Position numbers and translations under genes: made by a program. From Prorocentrum cordatum (lineage: Eukaryota): DNA of 53,705 nucleotides. The notes beneath the pieces are model-generated. The model ran no database searches and had not been told where the DNA came from. It saw only the letters and a program-made list of their open reading frames with translations. Shown piece by piece: positions 26,601-35,600 of the stretch. Every line of letters starts with the position of its first letter. Within the stretch, counting starts at the first letter, position 1. The stretch spans positions 62,001-115,705 of the forward strand of contig CAUYUJ010000295.1 of assembly GCA_963575745.1 (NCBI GenBank), given 5' to 3'.

Positions 26601-29600
26601 CACGTCCGCGACATTGTTCTTACCAGGAACCGCGGCGATCGAGAGGTCGCCCTTACCCACGCGCTCCTGGATCCACAAGTATCGTGATTGAACATGTCGC
26701 ATCTTCCCGAGACCCCGCCGTTGGACGTGGCCCCGGGCCGCCGATGAATCCGAGGCGAGCTCTACCTTCAGGTCCAGCCCCCAGTCCGCGAAGAGGCTGT
26801 GAAGGCCCAGGCCCACGCTCCCGCCCTTCACCAGGGCGTAGTACTCGCTCTCTCCGCTGCTCAAAGAAACCGTCGACTGCAGATTACTGCCATGCTTGAC
26901 GACATGATGCCCCAGCATCGCCACGAAGCCTCCGGTGCTCTTCCGGGTGACTGCGCAGCCCGCATGATCGGAGTCCACGTACACCCGGATCTTGTCGAAC
27001 ATCTTCTGCTCCGTGAAAACCGTCACCGTGCTAGGATGCCGCTTGAGGTAGCGGCCAACCCTCTTGAGCATGAGCCAACTCGCCTCCGTTGGCGTCTGCA
27101 TGGACCTAGCGAGCGTCTTTGATGCCTCTGCCAAGTCCAGCCTGTCCTGAGACAGGTAGGCCACCCTCATGGTGAGGGATCGGAAGCGCGAAGCTTCCGC
27201 TGCTCCCAACGCCGCCGACTTCGCATCCATCATCTGCTTGTCGGCGCTGCGCTTCTCCATCGGCGTGTCCACGCCGTTGGCCTTGCTGAGACCCAACTCG
27301 TCGATCACGATCTCCGCGTGCCGCTTGTCCGGCTCGATCATCGCATGCCGGCAGGGCCGGCCACCGCCAGGCGGAACTCCCGCACTGACCTCGATGACCC
27401 GATTCAGGAAGACCGCCTGCTTGTCATCGCCCTCGTCGAAGCCTAGGTTCGCAGTCTTCTTGAACTCGTACTTCTTGCCCAGCGTGGCCTCGAAGCTGTC
27501 GATGTCCTGCTGCTGAGCCAGCACCGCGAAGTCGTCGCCGTGCCCCAGCAGCCTCGTCTCGTCCACCTCCTTGTAGAAGACCGCTGGGCACGACACGCCC
27601 GCCTTGTAGCCGTGTTCCTCCAGCAGCTCCGTGTAGTCGCCCTGCCAGATCTTGCTGGCGTCCTGCGTGCCGTACCAGGACTTGAGGAGTAGGCCGCACT
27701 TGTCCTCGCCGTACTCCTTGCGACTCTCCTCCTCCAGCTCTACGAAGATCCTCCGCTGCGCCTTCCCGTAGAAGTGCGCCCTGCTGATGTCGAAGAAGCC
27801 GATCTTGAAATTGCCCGGCTTCCTGCCCTTCTTGCGAAGCGACTCCTGAATGTGGAGCGGTGCTTCCCGCGTCCACGTGACCATCAGCGAGACCAGCGAC
27901 CGCGTGGCCTCCAGAGGAGGCATGGCCGAGAAGACCTCGGACGCCTCCAGCTGCTCGTCGGGGCGCTTCTTCGCCTTGATCTCCTTCACGACGAGCCTGA
28001 TCCTGTAGTTGGGCCTCTCCGCGTCACCCTTGTTCGTGTCGACCCACTTGAGTGGGATGGGCGGACGCCCAGTCTCGGCGAAAGCCTGAGACCTCGGGAC
28101 GATCTCGATCAGCTCCTGCTTCTTGACCCACTCGCGCTCGACCGCGCGAGCCTGGGCCACAAGGCCCGCCTCCAGGTAGCCGCCATTGACGTCGTCCCAG
28201 TAACTCGTCCAGTCCCCGGGCGGCACTGCCGCGTCCACAGGGACTGGGCCCGACTGCTGCACCTGGGCGGTGCTGAGCTCTCCCACGTCATTCAGCGTGT
28301 CCTTGAGCTCCTCCAGCACCGCCTCTACCAACTTCGGTGGATAGACCTTCGCGAACCGCGCGATGCCGCCCACGAGCGTGATGTGGCGATGCCATTCCGC
28401 GCGGCCGTCCACATTGCTGCAAGTGCCCTGCAGCCTCCGGGCTAAGCCTGGATGGTTGGTGACCCATCCGGTCTCCTTGCGCACGAACTCCTCCTGACCA
28501 CTGCGTGGGTTCGTGAGCTTCATGCCCCACCGACACATGGGGCCTTTGACCGTGAAGACTCCTGGATGCGCGACCAGCTCCTTGACGATGTCCTCATTCC
28601 ACGATCGCGCGCTCCAGGGATGCTCATGCAGGAAGTACCTGCCTGGCTTCCTGAGCTGACGCCAGTAGGCGTCGACTGCCACCTTCAGGTGGTGTCTGGC
28701 CTCCTCCATCTCAGCCGCCTCCTGCTCATCGGTCCTGAACTTGGCGCTCAGGCCCCTCAGCAAGCTGAACTTCTCGCATGGAGGGGACCCCGTGAGCAGG
28801 ATGGGATCCATCCGCTCCTGCTGCTTCTCGAGCTCCTTGACATCCTCGGGGCGCCGCAAGTCCCACGGCGCCCCGTCCTCCTTGAGTTCCTCCAGGTCCG
28901 CCGCGAAGCCCGGGCGCAGCTGAAATTCCGCTGCCCGAGCCGAGAACCGATGTGGCGAGTACACCTCGGCCACGTCCACGGCGCCCAGCTGCAACGCCGA
29001 TAGGGCGATGCCATCCACTTCTTCGTCGGCGATGTCCACGCCGACGCTGGCCCAATGGCCGCTGACCTGTTCGCGAACGAGCGGGAGCAACTCCGCCTTC
29101 GCTCTCGTCAGCACTCCGAGCTCAACCAGCTCGATCGACGCCATATCGAGGGCGAGCACCCGCATGTGCCTCCCCTCACTGGCGTTCCACACGACTGCCA
29201 CTCCAGCTGGCAGCTGAGGTCCTTCCGCTGGCGCCGGCTGCGCCGCGAGATCCTCCATGTCCACCGGTACCGGCACGTCTGCCGGCTGTGGATCACCGCG
29301 CTCGAGGGCCTCCGGCACGTCATCCGGGGCCACCTCTGCCAAGCGCTTCAGCCGCGACCTGGCTGCGGTCATGTCGACATCCGCGGCGGCCTCTGCCGCT
29401 CGCGCCGCTCCCGAACTGGAGCTCGCTCCTCCTGAAGGAGCCGCCGCGCCGAAGCCCGGTGCTACCGGCTGGCTCTCTCGCATGCGCGCCGCTGTGGCTG
29501 CCACGGCTGGCGCTGCTGCCGATCGGGCCGCGGCCGGCGCGGCCGATGCCGCTGCCGCCGCTGCCACCGGCTCGGTGATCCTCCGAGCCGTCTTCGGCGG

Positions 29601-32600
29601 AGGGGTCCCTGCCGCGGCCGCTGCCGCTGGTCGGACTCTGGCCTCTTGGCCCTGCCTCCGTTCTCGATACTGGCCGGTCCTTTCCCGGCCTGCCTCCTCC
29701 GCGTCCATCGCTTCGAAGATCCTCTTGCTGCACACCGCGTTGTGCGCGTGGCCAGCCAGCACCCGGCCGTGCTTGGCGATCGAGACGCACCCTGGGCATC
29801 CCGGCGTTGCGCCCAGCCGCTCGACGTCCGCCTTGAGGACGTACATCCTCCTCGGCGCCTGCGGCTGCGGCGACACCACCACAATTGGTGGCGGTCCGAC
29901 CTCTCCAGGTCCGACGATGGCCCGCGGCGCGCTTGCCGCACGCGGAGCCACGTCCCACGGCAGGCCCTTCAGGCCATCCCAGCCCGCCGTGATCCACTTC
30001 TCGCTCTGCGGCAGGCTGCGAAAGCCGACCGCCTTCTTCGCGCCGTCGCTCGTGATGACCATCATCGAGCCGTCGCGCGGGTGGTGGCCGATGTAGCGAG
30101 CCTCCACCATCTGTTCCTCCAGCGCGTTCTTCCTCGCGCGCTCCCCGGCGAACCGCGCCATCAAGCGCTCGCCGAAGAGCGGGACCGGCTTCCTCCACTG
30201 CCGTCCCGTGAGCCGCTGGAGAGCGGTCTTGCCATCCTGGCCGCGCCGGTATCGGTTGATTACCGATGCGGCGTGCTCCGGCAGGTGCGCTAGCACCGGG
30301 TGCTTGTCCTCCACCTTGACGCCCAGCTTGGACTCCAGGTCCATCTTGAGCGCCCGCACCTGCTTCTTAATCTCGCGCACCGTGACCTCGATCTCCCCAT
30401 TGGCCTGATGATCGGCCGGTGCCGACTCCTGGGGAATGGCCTCGAGGCCAGGAACCTCCTCCACCGCACGCCTCTTGACCAACAGGATCGCCGGCTCGCC
30501 GTCGGACTTGTTGACGATCTTCCTGTAGCCCAGGATCCGCAAGAAGCGTGCGAAGAACTTGATGGCGCAGGCGTCGTCGCCCTTCTTCTCCACGAATGTC
30601 GCTGCCATCATCTTCGAGCGCCGATCCCTAAGTACCAGCATCGGCATGGTGTCCGCGTCGTCCTGGCCCATGAAGGCGTAGTCGGACGAGACCACCGGCA
30701 CCGCCGTCTCGTCGTCCTCCGGTGCGCGGAGATGCGGCTGGCCTTGGCCCTTTGCCGCAATACACACGCGACACCAGCTGCGATAAGTCGCGTGTCCCAT
30801 CGCCTCGTGTTCGTCGATCTCCCTCTGAGAGGGCTCATGAGGTGCCTTCAGCACTCTCGGGCGAGCCTCCTCCTCGCCCTCGTCGGCCTGCTGTCCATCA
30901 GGAGCAGCTGGCAAAGCGTCGGCCGCAGCAGCTGCCGCTGGCTGAAAACCCGGCGGTCTCACGTCGGAAGGTCCCGACCCCGCCGCTGCCGCCCCCGCAG
31001 CCGATGCCGCCGGGGGCCGTGGTATTAAGTCCTCCAGTGGGCTTACGCCGAGGGCTGCCTCCTGGGGACTGTCTTCTCGAGGATCTCCAGCAGCTCCTCC
31101 TTCGACTTGCCGCTGAGGAGCTCCACTAGCTCGGACTTCGACTTCGCCGAAAGTCCCTCCTCGAGAGGAGCAACCGAGCCATGTTGGCCCTTCTTGAGGT
31201 AGAAGTTGTAGACGCCCTGCTCGCGATAGACCGGCAGCATCTGGTGCTTCGCCGCCTTCGCCTCCTTCTCGAGCATGCCTACCACGCGCTTGCCGATTGG
31301 GCTCTTCTCGTGGAATATCCAGCCGCCATTGCGACCCAGGAATGAACACTGTCCAGCTCCTGCTGCCTGCCCCACCGAGATCAACGGCTTGTGCACGTTC
31401 GTCACGCGTCCCTTGAGTGCTCGTAGCACTCCGTACTCGTCCTCCGCCTTGAGCTGCAAGCTGCCCTCGTCCGGGACGAGCTCACCACTGGCCGTACGAT
31501 ACGTGCTGCCGTTGCCCTCCATTCCCGTCGGCGGCGCGAAGCTCCGAGGGAATGCTGAGATAGCTGCACCGCTGTCCCAGTTGAACTTCATCCAGTCGTC
31601 CTGCGCGAAGGGGGAGAGGTCGACCGCCGCTATGCCGCGGCCGCTGCCGCTGGCGAGCTCCAGGCAGTCCAAGCTGCCCATGTCCAGAGCGGCGACCTCC
31701 GCTTCAGGCTCCTCCTCCAGGCTGCCTGCCGCCTTGCCGCCGGCCTTGCCGCCGCGGCTACCGACTTTACCACCAGCGCTTGCCCCCGTTGCGGATCCAG
31801 TTCCAGCCCTCGTACTCGATCCCTGCTCTTTCCTCCAGCAGTCGGATGCCTTGTGGCCCCATCTCTCGCAGTTCCGACAGTAGCCGTCGAAGCGCCCGCT
31901 GGTGCTTCGAGGTGCCGTGTGCCCTGAACCACGGCCCGAACCCGTCGGGGATGTGCGGGAGCCTGAGTATGATCCGTTCGTCGATTTGCTCTTCCCCTTC
32001 GGCTCCTGAGTCTTGCCTTTCCCTTTGCTCTTGCCGTCCTTGCCCTTGCCTTTGCCTTTGCCTTTCGGGGCTCCGAACGATCCGACGTCCATGTCGTCCG
32101 GATGATGCGCCCGCGCACGGATCGATGGCTCCTTGATCTTCACGCCGGTCCAAGCCTCTACGATCGTCATTACCTCGTTCAGACTGTCCTGGAACGTTAC
32201 GAGCCGATGCTTGTTGAGTACGAGGTGGTTCTCGATGTCCTGAGGCACGAGCATCTCGAGGGCCGCCATCTTGATATCCTCCGGCAGCTCGGCCAGACCA
32301 TCTTCTCCTTGGCGGCGTTCGTACCTGCCTATCTGCTGGATCCACTTCTCTAAGGCGGACCCCAGCTCGTCCGCGCTGCACTTCGGAGGCGAGATGATCG
32401 ACCTCAGGATCAGCCTCTTCCTCGGGCCTGTCGTCGGATCCCACCTGCGGTGGAGCTTCCGCCAGGCTTCGAGACCGTTCCCGTCGGGGGCGCCCGTCAC
32501 GAGGTCGTTGCTCTCGCTGCCGTCCGCCGTCGTGCTGAGCAGCGCCGCGTACAGCTGGTTGACCTTGGTCTCCAGCTCTGGAACTCCGTCGTGCACCGCC

Positions 32601-35600
32601 CGAGCTCCCTCGATCGTCACGGGGCGTTCGGCTTCGGCTGCCCACCGAAGAACAGGGCGAAAACTCTCTCCGTACACGCCGATCACGTAGTTCTCCATCT
32701 TGCGATTCCAGGCGCCGAACTTTTCTTGGTCGTCGCCCATCGTCGTGGGCTTGCCGATCCCCTTGGTGTCTACGAGACCTTGAACGGCTCCACCCGCGCT
32801 CGTCGCGCCTCTGATCTGCTCGCCCATCCGCTCGATCGCCTGCGGGATTGCCGCGAGGCCTCCTGCCACCTGCTGCTGAAGACGCTGATTCTCGTTCTCC
32901 AGCCTCCTCATCTCGTCGGCTGCCTGACCTATTTGAGCCGCGAACTCCTGCCTCAGCAGTTCGAACTGATGCCGAACCTGCTCGTCCATGTTTGACAGCG
33001 TGTCTCTCGGCGAGCTCCTCCCTGCTCTCAGCTATCTCCTGCCTCGTACGCTCGAGGTCCGTGATCCGTCCTAGGACTTCCTTCTGCGTTCTCTCGACAA
33101 CGTCTGAGGAGTTCTCCGACGGATGGTCCTCGATGTGTGCGAGGTCACGAAGCCTGTCGCCTGCCTCCCTCAAGTCGTGCTTGAACTGGAGCTGCTTGCG
33201 CCTGGTCTCGATCGCTGCGTCGCTCCTCTTGCCGCGCCTGCGGCCACTCTTCCCGGCCCCTGCCGGTTGCTCGGTCGCTGCCGAGCTCGCTGCGGCCGAT
33301 GCCGCCCTCTTCCAGCCTCGAGCTTCCTGCCAGCTCGCCGTGGCGCCCGCGGACGCGGCGCGCCGAGGCCTTGGTGGGGTCGGCAGCAGTGAGTGGCCAG
33401 CTCACGCTACCATGATGAGATAGTATGTCGATGGACAAGATATCTCTTTTCCATCTTGAGCCAAAATGGGTGCACGGAGGAGGGTGTCAGAATCACAATC
33501 GCACTACTGAGCATAACTGCGTCGACACCCATCAGCCCAGGACACCCAAGAGGCTGCCTCGGAGGGGTGTGCCGAGCGAGAGAAACGTTCAGCCAACGTG
33601 AACATGTCAATTCTGATTGCATCCCTCGGAAGAACACATTGACTTGGCCGAATGTTTCCCAGACGGCACCAAGCGAGTAACGATTAATCTTAAGTCGGGC
33701 GTCCCCCTACAGGCAGATTTCGGGCGAAACAAAAGAAAAACAAATAACATACTCAAACATACTTCAAACAAATCAAACACTATCGTCCCCAGACTATTGT
33801 TTTGACAATTTCTGATTTTTCCTCCTGTAGAGGGACACGCCCGACTTAGTATTACTTGCCTTCGCGTCCCCGCGCCGCCCCTTGGTAAGAAGCCGGCTCC
33901 CAGCCCTCGGCCGAGATGCGCATGGGCCTTCGCGCCCCTGCGGTGGCATGGGTCATGTAGGGTTCGGTCGGGCATGTCCTCCTACAGCTCGGGTAGGGGA
34001 TCGCCTACAGAAGTGATTTACCCCAGAATTAGTTTCCCCATCGAATCTACGCAACAATGCGTAGAATTTTCCGCAGATCTACAGACCAGTCGATCTACTT
34101 TTCGTAGATTCGATTGGGAAATCAATTCTGGGATAAATCAATTCTGTAGTCGATCCCCTGTTTGAACAGTCAGAACACATTCAAAAGTACTCAAAAGTAG
34201 TAAAATAACTCGTCTCCAGACAGCTTTTTCATACTGTGTTTGACTATTCCTCCTGTAGAGGGACGTGCCCGACTCAAATGACGACTGGCGGTTCGAAAAA
34301 AAAACAGGGGCAACGATCAGAAGGCCCCCGGCCGCAGGGAAACGTGGTGCAGAGGACGGTCAGAGGCTCTCAGCGGCGTCGACGCCCACGAGCAAGCTCG
34401 ACGAACCCGATGCACTCATCATCGCCCAGGGGGCCGCTGCGTGGCGGGCCCCGCCGGGCATCTCTGCACTGCCCTACTGCATCCGGTATACCCACGAGGG
34501 CCGGCCACGGCGGCGGCAAACCTGAGAACCGACCGACCCGACGGCGACACCGACACCGACCGCAGCTGACAGGCCGCGAGCAGCCTGAACTGGCGCAGCG
34601 ACGCAGCCGCGGCACGATCACCGACCGAACCGAATCGACCGAACGCGACCGACGCTGACGCAGCCGAGCCGACCGAACCGCGGAAACCCTTGTCTGCCTC
34701 ACCGCGCGGACTCCGGCACGTGCATGCCCTGCGCCGTGCACATCCCTCCTCACCCTGCGTCAACCCGCCCTCGGCGAGTCGCAGCCGCCCGATGCCGGAA
34801 TGCCGACGAGAAGCCACGAGAACCCTCGCGAAATCCTCGGACCCCGAAGTCTTGTGCATTCCTCCCTGAGCCCTGAGCCTATCCCTCCCTCGACGGTGCT
34901 CCTGATCTTGAAGGCGGCTAGGGGGTCTGACCTGGCTGGGGCCCCAGCAAAATCGGTCAGGCGGGGGGGATGAGGCCAACTCGGCTCAGAGTCGGTCCCC
35001 AGAGCCCTCCCGGGAGGAGGGGGAGGAGGAGGGGGAGGAGGAGGAGGAGGAGGAGGAGGAGGAGGAGGAGGAGGAGGAGGAGGGAGGAGGAGGAGGAGGA
35101 GGAGGAGGAGGAGGAGGAGGAGGAGGAGGAGGAGGAGGAGGAGGAGGAGGAGGAGGAGTCTGGTGCATGCGTCCTGTCGCGCTGGATCCGCTGTTCGCAG
35201 CCCCGGGGCCCGCGGGCGGCCCTCGGAGGCCGCAGACGGCAACAGCAGCTTCCCGGGCCCAGGGCCTCGAGCCTGCCCGCCCTTCCTGCCCGTCCATGAG
35301 AAGCCTTCCACAGGAGGCCCAAGCGTGAAACCCCAGGGCGTCCGTTGCCTTCTGGCGTGGGCGCGTCACGCGTACCATAAGCAGAGCCATCGACACCCGA
35401 GGAACGCATGGGCACCCTGGAGGCAGGCGGGGTGCTTCTTGGCGCGGGCCCCCACTGCTGCAGTGCTGGGCCACCTCGGACCCTTGGACGGCTCCAGCCC
35501 CGCTCGGCCCCCCCCCCGCGAGGGCTCCGACACGTGCATGCCGTGCGCGTCCCTCCTCTGATGGGCAAGCTTTCCACCACTACTACCACTATGTAGGACG

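Larger units (their letters stand above)
26220..33495 (-). mobile_element. Full-length Ty1/copia LTR retrotransposon carrying a C5-DNA methyltransferase-like domain, inserted in TOP3A intron 2
   Basis: Identical 83-bp LTRs (TG...CA) at 26220-26302 and 33413-33495. TSD CAATC at 26215-26219 and 33496-33500. PBS and PPT present. Domain order gag-PR-IN-(MTase)-RT-RH. Confidence 0.96.
1591..34277 (+). mobile_element. MITE family A (~150-200 bp; TIR GTCGGGCNTGTCCCYCTACAGG, TTAA-like flanks), 15 dispersed copies
   Basis: Approximate copies: 1591-1749, 9487-9653, 15866-16017, 16393-16535, 17467-17675, 17794-17954, 19200-21063 (nested inserts), 22413-22572, 22704-22865, 23104-23435, 23558-23726, 24642-24805, 25245-25406, 33690-33849, 33963-34277. 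Confidence 0.85.

Noticed and set aside
31767..32985. Remainder of the 468-aa ORF overlapping copia gag
   Set aside because: Arg-rich alternative-frame artefact of high GC; only its 5' part looks protein-like.
34347..34360. 14-bp inverted match to the exon 1 end (GTGCAGAGGACGGT)
   Set aside because: Isolated short match with no extension; cannot be separated from chance.
33909..34699. Alternative exon 2 candidates (ADKG near 34690; ARRPMRIS near 33910-33937)
   Set aside because: These need two micro-exons. The 35528-35557 exon fits with one exon, junction repeats and a TIR-bounded intron 1.
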